A stretch of DNA of 64,000 nt, from assembly GCF_965278935.1 (NCBI RefSeq), contig NZ_OZ257124.1, positions 1,831,302 through 1,895,301 of the forward strand, read 5' to 3'. Below the pieces are notes generated by a model, which did no database searches, was not told the DNA's origin, and saw only the letters and a program-made list of their open reading frames with translations. The position numbers and the translations under genes are program-made. Shown here in pieces: positions 37,749 to 47,032 of this stretch. The first letter of the stretch is position 1; every line of letters starts with the position of its first letter. The DNA comes from Brevundimonas sp. Lineage in GTDB: Bacteria > Pseudomonadota > Alphaproteobacteria > Caulobacterales > Caulobacteraceae.

Positions 37749-38504
37749 CTAGATCAGGGCGTCGGCGGGCAGGTCCGCCTTCCACTCCTTGAACGACACC
37801 TTCGACGGCGGCGTCAGGTCGCCGCGCGCGAGTTCGACGATCAGGGGGCCGAGCTCGGAGGGGGCGGGCAGGGTCATGGGGTCTTCGCCGGGGAAGGCCT
37901 GGGCGCGCATCTGGGTGCGCATGCGGCCCGGGTCGAGGACGCTGATGCGGACGCTGGTGTTCTCGATCTCGTCGCCCCAGGCCAGCATCAGGGCCTCCGC
38001 GCCCGCCTTGGTCGCGGCATAGAGGCCCCAGAAGGCCTTGGGCTCGCGGGCGAGGCTGGTGGTCAGGTGGATGACGCGTCCGGCGTCGGAGGCGCGCAGC
38101 AGGGGCTCCAGCGAACGGATCAGGCGATAGGTGGCGGTGAAGTTGGTCTTCTCGATCTTGGCGAAGCCGCGCGGGTCGATATGGCTGACCGGGGTCAGGC
38201 CCTGCGCGCCCAAAGTGGCGGCGGCGTTGACCCAGATGTCGAGCTTGCCGAACCGGCCGAAGATAGCCCCGCCCAGACGATCGATGCCGCCGCCGTCGAT
38301 CAGGTCGAAGGGCACGAGCGTCGCGTGGCGGCCGGTGGCGGCGTAGATGGCGTCATCGAGCTCCTCGAGCGCGCCTTGGGTGCGGGCGGTGGCGACGACG
38401 TGGGCACCGGCGACGGCGAGGGCGAGGGCGGCCTCGTAGCCGATGCCGCGCGAGGCGCCGACGACGAGGGCGATACGATCATTCAGGGGGAGGTCGGAAG
38501 TCAT
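37749..38504 (-). CDS. SDR oxidoreductase (YciK-like)
   Basis: 'VGASRGIG', 'YAATKAG' catalytic YxxxK, 'PGRMRTQMRAQAFPGED'. Confidence 0.9.
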   Translation of the reverse strand: MTSDLPLNDRIALVVGASRGIGYEAALALAVAGAHVVATARTQGALEELDDAIYAATGRHATLVPFDLIDGGGIDRLGGAIFGRFGKLDIWVNAAATLGAQGLTPVSHIDPRGFAKIEKTNFTATYRLIRSLEPLLRASDAGRVIHLTTSLAREPKAFWGLYAATKAGAEALMLAWGDEIENTSVRISVLDPGRMRTQMRAQAFPGEDPMTLPAPSELGPLIVELARGDLTPPSKVSFKEWKADLPADALI

Positions 38505-38543
38505 CGCGCCTGATAGCGCGGCGACCGGACGGGCGGAAGCCGC

Positions 38544-38888
38544 CTAGTAGCCTTCGCCGGCCTGCCACAGGCTGAAGCAGACACCCTGATCGTCGCTGAC
38601 GGCGCAGCTGAGGCCCGTGGGGCTTTCCGCCGGGATGGCCGCCTTGCCGCCGAGCTGGGTCACCCGGGCGCAGGTCGCCGCGATGTCATCGACGCGGAAA
38701 TACAGATTGGGATGGTCGCGCGGACGCTCGACCTTGGTGAAGCCGAACGGGGGATTGCTGTCGGCGACGTGGGCGTAGGTGGATTTCGACACATCGTCAT
38801 CGAAGGTCCAGCCGAACAGGGCGCCGTAGAAGGCCTTGGCCCTGGCGATGTCGAGGGTGTCGAGAGTGAAATAGCCGAGGTTCGTCAT
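38544..38888 (-). CDS. VOC/glyoxalase family protein
   Basis: 'DIARAKAFYGALFGW', 'YFRVDDI......V..LGG', 'DDQGVCFSLW'. Confidence 0.85.
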   Translation of the reverse strand: MTNLGYFTLDTLDIARAKAFYGALFGWTFDDDVSKSTYAHVADSNPPFGFTKVERPRDHPNLYFRVDDIAATCARVTQLGGKAAIPAESPTGLSCAVSDDQGVCFSLWQAGEGY

Positions 38889-38894
38889 GGAAGC

Positions 38895-40409
38895 TTAAGC
38901 GCTGACGAGCAGCGAAAGTTGCCGTCCGATGACGTCGCGGCCGCCTTCCTCGATCTCCCGGTCCACCAGACGGGTCGGATAGTCGCCGGTGAAATAGTGG
39001 TCGGTGAACTGGGGCGCAGCGTCGTTGCGGCCCGTCTCGCCCATGGCCTTGTAGAGGCCATCGACGGACAGGAAGCCGAGCGAATCGACCTCCAGCATCT
39101 GGCGCATCTCTTCCATGGTCTTGTTGGCGGCGATCAGCTGGTCCCGTTCGGGCATGTCGATGCCGTAGAAGTCGGGCCAGAGGATCGGCGGCGAGGCCGA
39201 GCGCAGGTGGACCTCGGTCGCGCCGGCGTCGCGGACGGCGCGGACCAGTTTCACCGAGGTGGTGCCGCGCACGATGGAGTCGTCGATCAGGACGACCCGC
39301 TTGCCCTCGATCACCGCGCGGTTGGGGCTGTGCTTCATCGCCACGCCCTTCTGGCGGGCGCCCTGGCTGGGCTGGATGAAGGTCCGGCCCAGATAGTGGC
39401 TGCGGATGATGCCCATCTCGTAGGGAATGCCGCTAGCCTGGGCGTAGCCGAGCGCGGCGGGGACGCCGGAGTCGGGCACGGGCACGACGACGTCGGCCTC
39501 GATCGGGAACTCGCGGGCCAGGCCTTCGCCCATGCGCTTGCGCACGCCGTAGACCGAGCGACCGTTCACGACGCTGTCGGGTCGCGAGAAGTAGACGTAT
39601 TCGAACAGGCAGGGCCGGGCCGCGCGGGCCGGGAACGGCTTCAGCGAGCGCAGGCCCTCGTGATCGATGACGACCACCTCGCCGTGCTCGACATCGCGGA
39701 CGAAGGTCGCGCCGATGGTGTCCAGAGCGCAGGTCTCCGACGCCATGACCCAGGCCTCGCCGATCTTGCCGAGAACCAGAGGGCGGATGCCGAGCGGGTC
39801 ACGGGCGCCGATCATCTTGGTGCGGGTCTGGGCGACCAGGGCGTAGCCGCCCTCGATCCGGGCCAAGGCGTCGATGAAGCGATCGACGATCTTGGCTTTC
39901 CGTGAGCGGGCGATCAGGTGGAGGATGACTTCGGAGTCCGAGGTGGACTGGAAGATCGAGCCCTCGCCGACCAGCTGGTTCCGCAGGTAGTGGAAGTTGG
40001 TCAGGTTGCCGTTGTGAGCGATGGCGATGCCGCCCTGGTCCAGGTCGGCGAACATCGGCTGGATGTTGCGCAGGAAGCTGCCGCCGGCGGTGGAATAGCG
40101 GGTGTGGCCCACGGCCGCCGGGCCGGGCATGCGTTTGGCCAGATCGGTGCCGCCGAAGGCCTCACCGACATGGCCCATGTGACGTTCGGTGTGGAAGCGC
40201 TCGGCGTTGACCGAGGCGATGCCGCAGGCCTCCTGACCGCGATGCTGAAGGGCATGGAGGCCGAGGGCGACGATGCCCGAGGCCTCGTCCTTTTCGGCGC
40301 CCCAGACGCCGCAGACGCCGCATTCCAGGCGCGGAAGGTCGTCATCCGCGTCTCGATAGTGCTCCCGGTGAACGACCGGGGGCTGGATGTCGTGAGGCAA
40401 GCTGCGCAT
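38895..40409 (-). CDS. purF: Amidophosphoribosyltransferase
   Basis: 'ECGVCG' N-terminal nucleophile Cys, 'LQHRGQEACG', 'GHTRYST', 'AHNGNL', 'VLIDDSIVRGTT'; start likely ATG 40409. Confidence 0.96.
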   Translation of the reverse strand: MRSLPHDIQPPVVHREHYRDADDDLPRLECGVCGVWGAEKDEASGIVALGLHALQHRGQEACGIASVNAERFHTERHMGHVGEAFGGTDLAKRMPGPAAVGHTRYSTAGGSFLRNIQPMFADLDQGGIAIAHNGNLTNFHYLRNQLVGEGSIFQSTSDSEVILHLIARSRKAKIVDRFIDALARIEGGYALVAQTRTKMIGARDPLGIRPLVLGKIGEAWVMASETCALDTIGATFVRDVEHGEVVVIDHEGLRSLKPFPARAARPCLFEYVYFSRPDSVVNGRSVYGVRKRMGEGLAREFPIEADVVVPVPDSGVPAALGYAQASGIPYEMGIIRSHYLGRTFIQPSQGARQKGVAMKHSPNRAVIEGKRVVLIDDSIVRGTTSVKLVRAVRDAGATEVHLRSASPPILWPDFYGIDMPERDQLIAANKTMEEMRQMLEVDSLGFLSVDGLYKAMGETGRNDAAPQFTDHYFTGDYPTRLVDREIEEGGRDVIGRQLSLLVSA

Positions 40410-40437
40410 CGTGGGGGCTCCGATGACAGGCGAAATT

Positions 40438-41034
40438 CTACTGGGGGGCGGACGGGCGCGAGTTAGGGCTGGTTTGGGGCGAGGGCAAGGCTTGATCGTT
40501 CGAAAAGCCTCTGCGGACGGACGAATCAACAACGGGGCTGATCGCGTCCGCCCCGCGACCGATGCCGGGCAGGATGATCTGGATCGCGCGGGCGGCGCCG
40601 GCGCTGACGGGACGCAGGGTCGCCTCCGACAGCCAGCGGGGCGTGCGCTCGCCCGGCATGGCGGCGACGATGACCAGATGGATAGCGCCCAGCAGCACCA
40701 GTGACCGGCCCGCGCCGACGAAGACGCCGACCAGTCGGTCGATACCGCCGAGGGTCGGGTGGGCCTGCGCCCGCTTCGACAGGATCGAGCCGAAGATGCG
40801 GATGCCGAAATAGACCAGCAGGAAGGACGCGACGGCGGCGGCGATGGAGCCAGCCCAGTCGGGGTTTACCAGAGCACGCCCCAAGGGCGCCGTCAGGGGC
40901 AGGGCGACGAGGGCGATGAAGGCCGCCAAAACGAAGCTGAGCAGGGTGATCAGCTCGCGCGTGCCGCCGCGAACCCAGCCGGCGGCGGCTGAGGCGAGGA
41001 TGACGATAATGGCGAAGGCGTCGAAGCCGGTCAT
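40438..41034 (-). CDS. cvpA: CvpA family protein
   Basis: 'D...IIVILASAAAGWVRGGTRELITL', 'DRLVGVFVGAGR'; upstream of purF. Confidence 0.88.
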   Translation of the reverse strand: MTGFDAFAIIVILASAAAGWVRGGTRELITLLSFVLAAFIALVALPLTAPLGRALVNPDWAGSIAAAVASFLLVYFGIRIFGSILSKRAQAHPTLGGIDRLVGVFVGAGRSLVLLGAIHLVIVAAMPGERTPRWLSEATLRPVSAGAARAIQIILPGIGRGADAISPVVDSSVRRGFSNDQALPSPQTSPNSRPSAPQ

Positions 41035-41059
41035 TCGGTTCCCGTGCGGACCACCGACA

Positions 41060-42427
41060 TCAATACCTGTTCTGCGAGATTCGTTCGACGGCTTCCGTCA
41101 ATCGGCTGACGCCCGTGACCAGAACGCCACCGCCCTTGACGGTCAGGGGCGGCGACAGGGCCTGGTCGAAGCCGAGTTTCTGGGCCTCGCGGAGGCGGGC
41201 CTCGGCGCGGCCGACGGCGCGGACCTCTCCCGACAGGCTGATCTCGCCGAAGACGATACAGCCCTGGGGCAGGGGCATGCCGGTGGCCGAGGAGATCAGG
41301 GCGGCTGCGGCGGCGAGGTCGGCGGCGGGCTCGTTGATGCGCAGGCCCCCTGCGACGTTCAGATAGACGTCCTGATCCCCGAACCCGAAGCCGCAGCGGG
41401 CCTCGAGCACCGCCAGGATCATGGCCAAGCGGCCGGTTTCCCAGCCGATGACCGCCCGGCGTGGCGTGCCGTAGGCGGATTTGGACACCAGGGCCTGGAT
41501 TTCGACCAGCACCGGGCGGCTGCCCTCAATGCCGGCGAAGACGGCGGCGCCCGGCGCGCGGTCCTTGCCCTCGCCGAGGAAGAGCGCGGAGGGGTTGGAG
41601 ACTTCGCGAAGCCCTGCGTCGCCCATTTCGAAGACGCCGATCTCGTCGGTGGCGCCGAACCGGTTCTTGCCAGCGCGCAGAATGCGGAACGGATAGCCGC
41701 GCTCGCCCTCGAAGCTGAGGACCGCATCGACCATGTGTTCGACCACCCGGGGGCCGGCGACCTGTCCGTCCTTGGTGACGTGGCCGACGAGAACCACGGC
41801 GGGGCCGCCGGCCTTGGCCAGGCGCACCAGTTCGCCGGCGCAGGCGCGGACCTGGGTCACCGAGCCCGGGCCGGCCTCATGGGCGTCGGACCACAGGGTC
41901 TGGATCGAATCGACGATGACGATGTCGAACTTCTCGCGCTTCAACGTACCGAGGATGTCGCGCAGGGCCGTGGCGGAGGCGAGCTGGACCGGGGCCTCGG
42001 ACAAACCCATTCGCTTGGCGCGGGCGCGGATCTGCTCGATCGCCTCCTCGCCGGAGATGTAGGCGACGCGAGCGCCGGACAGGGCGGCGCGGCCGGCGAC
42101 GTCGAGCAGCAGGGTCGACTTGCCGACGCCGGGGTCGCCGGAGAGCAGGATGGCCGAGCCCGGAACGACGCCGCCGCCGCAGACGCGGTCGAACTCGGTC
42201 ACGCCGGTGACGATACGCGGCGGCTCAGGCGTTTCCGACAGCAGGGATTCGAACTGCAGCCCGCGCGCCTTTGCCGTCGTGGCGGGTTTCAGCGCGCCGG
42301 GGGGCGACGCGGAGCGGCCTTCCTCGACGATGGTGTTCCACTGACCGCAGGACCCGCACTGGCCCGACCACTTGCCGTGGACGCCCCCGCAGGACTGACA
42401 AACATAGATCGCACCGTCTCTGGCCAT
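41060..42427 (-). CDS. radA: DNA repair protein RadA/Sms
   Basis: Zn finger 'CQSCG...W.GQC..CGQW', 'GDPGVGKSTLL', 'KNRFG', Lon-like C-terminus. Confidence 0.97.
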   Translation of the reverse strand: MARDGAIYVCQSCGGVHGKWSGQCGSCGQWNTIVEEGRSASPPGALKPATTAKARGLQFESLLSETPEPPRIVTGVTEFDRVCGGGVVPGSAILLSGDPGVGKSTLLLDVAGRAALSGARVAYISGEEAIEQIRARAKRMGLSEAPVQLASATALRDILGTLKREKFDIVIVDSIQTLWSDAHEAGPGSVTQVRACAGELVRLAKAGGPAVVLVGHVTKDGQVAGPRVVEHMVDAVLSFEGERGYPFRILRAGKNRFGATDEIGVFEMGDAGLREVSNPSALFLGEGKDRAPGAAVFAGIEGSRPVLVEIQALVSKSAYGTPRRAVIGWETGRLAMILAVLEARCGFGFGDQDVYLNVAGGLRINEPAADLAAAAALISSATGMPLPQGCIVFGEISLSGEVRAVGRAEARLREAQKLGFDQALSPPLTVKGGGVLVTGVSRLTEAVERISQNRY

Positions 42428-42502
42428 GGGCGACGGCTTACAGGAAGAGCGGGCGGCGGGGCAGAGGGCGTCTTGGTGGGTGCGACCGAAACTGTCGTGC
42501 CC

Positions 42503-43549
42503 TCAGTCCGCCCGGCCGATGTATGCCCGCTCGCAGCGGTTCCCGATCGAGGTCAGCAGTTCGTAGCTGATCGTCCCGGCGGCCGCGGCGGCGTCATCGA
42601 CCGGACGGTTGGCGCCGAAGAGTTCGACGTGATCGCCGAGGCTGACGTCGGCGTCGGTGACGTCGACGGCGATGACGTCCATCGAGACCCGGCCGAGGAT
42701 GGGGCGCAGGGCTCCGGCGGCCCAGACCCGGCCGCCGGGGGAGTTGCTGCGGAAGACGCCGTCGGCATAACCCGCGCCGCAGGTGGCGATCCGGCGTGGA
42801 CGGTCGGCGATGAAGCCACGCGAATAGCCGACGCTCTCGCCGGCGGGGAGGTCGCGAATCTGCAGGATTTCGGCGGTCAGGGTGGCGACGGCCTTCAGGC
42901 GGCCATCGGGTCGACCCTCAGGGCCGCCGCCGTAGAGGCAGATGCCGGGGCGAACGACGTCAAAGGCATAGTCTGGGCCGAGAAAGCAGCCGCCGGAGTT
43001 GGAGAACGACTTCAGAGCGTCGGGGTAGCGTGCTGATGCGGCGGCGAACGCATCGCGCTGACGCCGGTTCATCGGCTCGGCGGGATCGTCGGAGCAGGCG
43101 AGGTGGCTCATCACCATTTCGAGCCCGCCGAACGGCCCGGGCGCGTCCTCGGGCCGGAAGCCGAGGCGGTTCATGCCCGTGTCGATCTGCAGCCCGCACG
43201 CGCCGCCGCCGATCGAATTCCACGCGATGATCTGGTCGGCGTGGTTGAGGATGGGGCGCAGGTTGGCGGCCTTCAGCGCCCCTGCCGCACCGCCCACGCA
43301 CCCGTCCAGCACATAGATGGTCGGGTCCGGACCGACAGCTTCGCGCAGGGCGACTCCCTCGTTCAGCCGCGCCACGAAGAAGGTCCGTGCGCCTTCGGTC
43401 AGCAGGCGTTTCGCCACCGGAACGGCGCCGAGGCCATAGGCATTGGCCTTCACCACCGGATGCACAGGCACGCCGGACACAGCCTCCAGCGCATGGAAGT
43501 TGTGCGAAAGGGCGTTCAGATCGACGGTCAGGGAGGCAGGCGCGGTCAT
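42503..43549 (-). CDS. alr: Alanine racemase
   Basis: 'PVVKANAYG' PLP Lys, 'IDTGMNRLG', 'VVRPGICLYG', 'GYADG', 'GRVSMD'; start ATG 43549. Confidence 0.95.
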   Translation of the reverse strand: MTAPASLTVDLNALSHNFHALEAVSGVPVHPVVKANAYGLGAVPVAKRLLTEGARTFFVARLNEGVALREAVGPDPTIYVLDGCVGGAAGALKAANLRPILNHADQIIAWNSIGGGACGLQIDTGMNRLGFRPEDAPGPFGGLEMVMSHLACSDDPAEPMNRRQRDAFAAASARYPDALKSFSNSGGCFLGPDYAFDVVRPGICLYGGGPEGRPDGRLKAVATLTAEILQIRDLPAGESVGYSRGFIADRPRRIATCGAGYADGVFRSNSPGGRVWAAGALRPILGRVSMDVIAVDVTDADVSLGDHVELFGANRPVDDAAAAAGTISYELLTSIGNRCERAYIGRAD

Positions 43550-43678
43550 CGTCGCCTTATGCCGCAAGATCGTTGCGGGAAAAGCCGAAAAGCGCACCGT
43601 CGGGGCAAACGGGCTCATCCTTGACTTGGGGGCTTGCGTGACCGACCTACGCGCCTCGTTTTCAAGGTCACGCCTCCC

Positions 43679-45028
43679 ATGTCCGTCAAGGTCCGTTTCG
43701 CCCCGTCTCCTACCGGCAAGCTGCATGTCGGCAACGTCCGGACCGCTCTGGTCAACTGGATGTTCGCCAAGGGGCAAGGAGGCTCGTTCGTCCTGCGCAT
43801 CGACGACACCGATCTGGCCCGTTCGACGCCCGAGTTCGAACAGGGGATCGAGGACGACCTGACCTGGCTCGGCCTCCTCTGGGACGAGCGCTACAATCAG
43901 TCCAAGCGGTTCGATCGCTATCATGACGCCGCCGAGCGCCTGAAGGCCGCCGGGCGTCTGTATCCCGCCTACGATACGTCAGAAGAGCTGGATCGCCGCC
44001 GCAAGGTGCAACTGTCGCGCGGCCTGCCGCCGATCTACGACCGGGCCGCGCTGGCCCTGAGCGACGAGCAGAAGGCCGCGTTCGAGGCCGAAGGCCGCAA
44101 GCCGCACTGGCGCTTCAAGCTGGACGGTCGCCGGGTCGCCTGGGAGGACCTGTCGCGCGGGCATGCCGAGGTGGACACGGCCTCGATGTCTGACCCGGTG
44201 CTGATCCGCGAGGACGGCCTCTATCTCTACACCCTGCCTTCGGTCGTCGACGATATCGACATGGGCATCACCCACGTCATCCGGGGCGAGGACCACACGA
44301 CCAACACCGGCGCCCAGATCGAGATCTTCGAGGCGCTGATCGCGGCTGGGCTGGGGACGGAGGTCCCGAAGTTCGCGCACATGCCGCTGCTGGTCGGAGC
44401 GGACGGCGCGGCCCTGTCCAAGCGACTGGGGTCGCTGTCGGTCGCCGAGATGCGGGACCAGGGCTATGAGCCGATCGCCATCACCAGCCATCTGGGCCGG
44501 ATCGGCACGTCCGATGCGCTCGAGGTCGCCGACAGCATCGAGGCGTTGGGTGCGGGCTTCAGCTTCGACAAGATGGGCCGGTCGCCAGCGCGCTATGACA
44601 CCGAGGACCTGGACCGGCTGAACGCCCAGGCGCTGCACGCCATGCCCTATGCGACCGCGAAAGCGCGACTGGAGGCGCTGGACTGCGATCTCGGGGAAAC
44701 CTTCTGGGATGCGGTGCGGGGCAACCTGACGAAATTTGCCGACGTCATCGATCTGGCGCGGATGGTGCGTGGGCCGGTCACGCCGGTGATCGAGGATCCG
44801 GCCTTCGCGGCGGCGGCCCTGGCCGTGCTGCCGGACGTCATCGACGCGGGCGCCTGGTCGGCCTGGACCAATGCGGTCAAGGAAAGCACGGGCGCCAAGG
44901 GGAAAGCCCTGTTCATGCCGCTGCGCCACATCCTGACGGGCCAGCCGCACGGGCCGGACATGGCGACGATCGTGCCACTGATCGGGCGCGAACGGATCGA
45001 GAAGCGGCTGAAGGGCGAAGTCGCCTAG
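43679..45028 (+). CDS. gltX: Glutamate--tRNA ligase
   Basis: 'VRFAPSPTG.LHVGN', 'RIDDTD', 'IRGEDH', 'LSKR'; anticodon-binding domain 'LFMPLR..LTG..HGP'. Confidence 0.93.
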   Translation: MSVKVRFAPSPTGKLHVGNVRTALVNWMFAKGQGGSFVLRIDDTDLARSTPEFEQGIEDDLTWLGLLWDERYNQSKRFDRYHDAAERLKAAGRLYPAYDTSEELDRRRKVQLSRGLPPIYDRAALALSDEQKAAFEAEGRKPHWRFKLDGRRVAWEDLSRGHAEVDTASMSDPVLIREDGLYLYTLPSVVDDIDMGITHVIRGEDHTTNTGAQIEIFEALIAAGLGTEVPKFAHMPLLVGADGAALSKRLGSLSVAEMRDQGYEPIAITSHLGRIGTSDALEVADSIEALGAGFSFDKMGRSPARYDTEDLDRLNAQALHAMPYATAKARLEALDCDLGETFWDAVRGNLTKFADVIDLARMVRGPVTPVIEDPAFAAAALAVLPDVIDAGAWSAWTNAVKESTGAKGKALFMPLRHILTGQPHGPDMATIVPLIGRERIEKRLKGEVA

Positions 45029-45038
45029 GTAGAAATGG

Positions 45039-45068
45039 AAAGGGGCGGCTCGGTGAGCCGCCCCTTTT
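45039..45068. terminator. Bidirectional intrinsic terminator
   Basis: AAAGGGGCGGCTC-GGT-GAGCCGCCCCTTTT between convergent genes. Confidence 0.85.
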
Positions 45069-45073
45069 GAATT

Positions 45074-45376
45074 CTAGGCGTTGCAGACGGCCAGTTCTTC
45101 GGCCGTCAGGGCGGTGCCGCGGTACGAGAACTCGGTCACCGCGCCGAAGCGGGCGGCGACGCGGCGGCAGGCGCGCGGAGCGGGCTGGTTGGCGCCGCCC
45201 GTGGCGGTGCAGGTCTGGCCTTCACAGCGCCAGCTGGCGCCGTCGATGATCGTGGCGCGAGCCGGGACGCGCGAGGCGTCGGCCAGGACCACGCGGGTCG
45301 GGGCGGTCGACTGGGCGCTGGCGGGAGCCGCGGCGAAGGCGGCGCAGAGGGCGAGCAGGGGGAGGACGGCGCGCAT
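45074..45376 (-). CDS. Small secreted four-Cys protein (CC_3452-like)
   Basis: Signal peptide 'MRAVLPLLALCAAFAAAPASAQ'; 'WRCEGQTC', 'ACRRVA..FG.VT.F', terminal 'CNA'. Confidence 0.75.
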   Translation of the reverse strand: MRAVLPLLALCAAFAAAPASAQSTAPTRVVLADASRVPARATIIDGASWRCEGQTCTATGGANQPAPRACRRVAARFGAVTEFSYRGTALTAEELAVCNA

Positions 45377-45506
45377 GGGAAACTCCGGTGCAGAGAACGG
45401 ACCGACACGGTCCAGCGTCAACACCGGCATAGTGCGTTGTTATTAGAAACTGTCAATCCGAGTTTTCAAAAAGAACGGACCGAGGCGCTGACTTAGCGAT
45501 GATTAC

Positions 45507-46112
45507 TTATCGCTGATCATGTTTCAAGGCCGGAGAAGCGTCAGCATGTCGCATCGCCGCGATCGCCTCCTCGACCGTGTCGCAGACGGTCCAGGCCTGA
45601 AGGAAGGACGGCGGGGTGAAACCCGTCTCCACGCTCTGGCGCATCAGGGCGAAGAAGGTCTCCCAAAAGCCGCCGATGTTGAGGAAGATCACCGGCTTGC
45701 CGTGCAGGTCCAGCCGCTTCCACGACAGGAGTTCGACGACCTCTTCGAGGGTGCCGATGCCGCCGGGCGCGACCACGAAGGCGTCCGACTGGTCGTACAT
45801 CAACTGCTTTCGCTCGTGCATCGAGGTGACGACGATGGTCTCGACCTCGTCGAACAGGCGTTCGCGGCTGCGCAGGAAGGCCGGCATGATGCCGACGACC
45901 CGGCCGCCGGCCTCGTGCGCCGCCCGGGCCGAGGCGCCCATCAGGCCCACGCCGCCGCCGCCATAGACGAGGCGCCAGCCCTCACGCGCCGTCGCCGCGC
46001 CGAACTCGGCGGCGGCGCGGGTGTAGACGGGATCGGCTGCGTCGGAAGAGCCGCAGAACAGGCAGACCGACTGGCCTTCAAATGGAGCGATGGTGGGGGT
46101 GGACGCCGACAT
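45507..46112 (-). CDS. LOG family (TIGR00730-like) nucleotide phosphoribohydrolase
   Basis: 'CLFCGSS', 'LVYGGG.VGLMG', 'MHERK', 'PGGIGTLEE'. Confidence 0.93.
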   Translation of the reverse strand: MSASTPTIAPFEGQSVCLFCGSSDAADPVYTRAAAEFGAATAREGWRLVYGGGGVGLMGASARAAHEAGGRVVGIMPAFLRSRERLFDEVETIVVTSMHERKQLMYDQSDAFVVAPGGIGTLEEVVELLSWKRLDLHGKPVIFLNIGGFWETFFALMRQSVETGFTPPSFLQAWTVCDTVEEAIAAMRHADASPALKHDQR

Positions 46113-46199
46113 GAACCCTCGAAACGAGACGCAAGATTGGAGACAGGCCGGTCGCGCCGGTCTATCTGGGCGAACAGTCCTACAGACCCGGCGGACAGG

Positions 46200-46937
46200 A
46201 TGAAACGACCGATCGCATCGACATTGGCCGTGCTTGCCGCGCTGACCGCTTCGGCCTGCGGCGAGCGGGTCCAGCCGGCCGCCGAGACGGCGCAGGAATC
46301 GGGCTGGGTCATGCCGCCAGAGATCGACGCGGTCGCCGCATCAGGGCGGGAGCTGATCGTGCGGGGGCAGGCGTCTCCTCTGGGGCGGGTCGTGGTCAGC
46401 GGAGCCGGCGACCTGGCCTATGCGGTCGGCGCCGATGCCGAGGGGCGGTTCGAGCTGCGGGTGCCGCGCCCGGCGCAGGACACCCTGTTTCTGGTTGAGG
46501 CCCGGGTGGGTCAGGCCGGGTTCCCTGCGCCCTATCGCCTGTTGATCGGGGCGGACCCCTCGGCCCCGATCGCTCTCCTGGCCATCGGGGCGCCGACGCA
46601 GCGGTTGGACGCCGGCGCCGGTCTGGACGCCGTGGACACCGACGGGCGGGCGGCCTTCGTCTCCGGACGGGCGGCGCCGCGCAGCGCGGTCGTTGTCGAG
46701 GGTAGCGCCCAGCGCACGGTGACGGCGGACGAGGCGGGACGCTGGCGGCTGGCGGGGTCGGGCGACGGCTCGACACCCATCACCATCGACGGAAGGGCCT
46801 ATGCGCCGGCTCCGGGCGGGGCGACGACGCCCGAGACGCTGCAACGGTCCGGAGCGGGCTGGAGCATCGCCTGGTCGAGCCCCGGAGGCGGCCGCCAGTC
46901 GACCTGGTTCCCCGACAGGTCGGCAACGATCCGTTAA
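46200..46937 (+). CDS. Predicted lipoprotein with beta-rich (Ig-like) domains
   Basis: AGGA before ATG 46200; lipobox 'LTASAC'; repeated 'A...GRF/W.L' motifs. Confidence 0.72.
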   Translation: MKRPIASTLAVLAALTASACGERVQPAAETAQESGWVMPPEIDAVAASGRELIVRGQASPLGRVVVSGAGDLAYAVGADAEGRFELRVPRPAQDTLFLVEARVGQAGFPAPYRLLIGADPSAPIALLAIGAPTQRLDAGAGLDAVDTDGRAAFVSGRAAPRSAVVVEGSAQRTVTADEAGRWRLAGSGDGSTPITIDGRAYAPAPGGATTPETLQRSGAGWSIAWSSPGGGRQSTWFPDRSATIR

Positions 46938-46998
46938 CCAATTCGGCTCAACCGTTAGGCGTTCTCTTCGAGGACACCCACCATCACCGAACTTTTTC

Positions 46999-47025
46999 AG
47001 CCCGGCGTCCGCGTCGGGCTTTTTC
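46999..47025 (+). terminator. Intrinsic terminator
   Basis: AGCCCGGCG-TCCG-CGTCGGGCT followed by TTTT. Confidence 0.7.
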
Positions 47026-47032
47026 TTTGCCT

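Noticed and set aside
43550-43924. Long N-terminal extension of alr overlapping gltX
   Set aside because: Alr homology begins at MTAPASLTVDL (43549); the extension is antisense to gltX.
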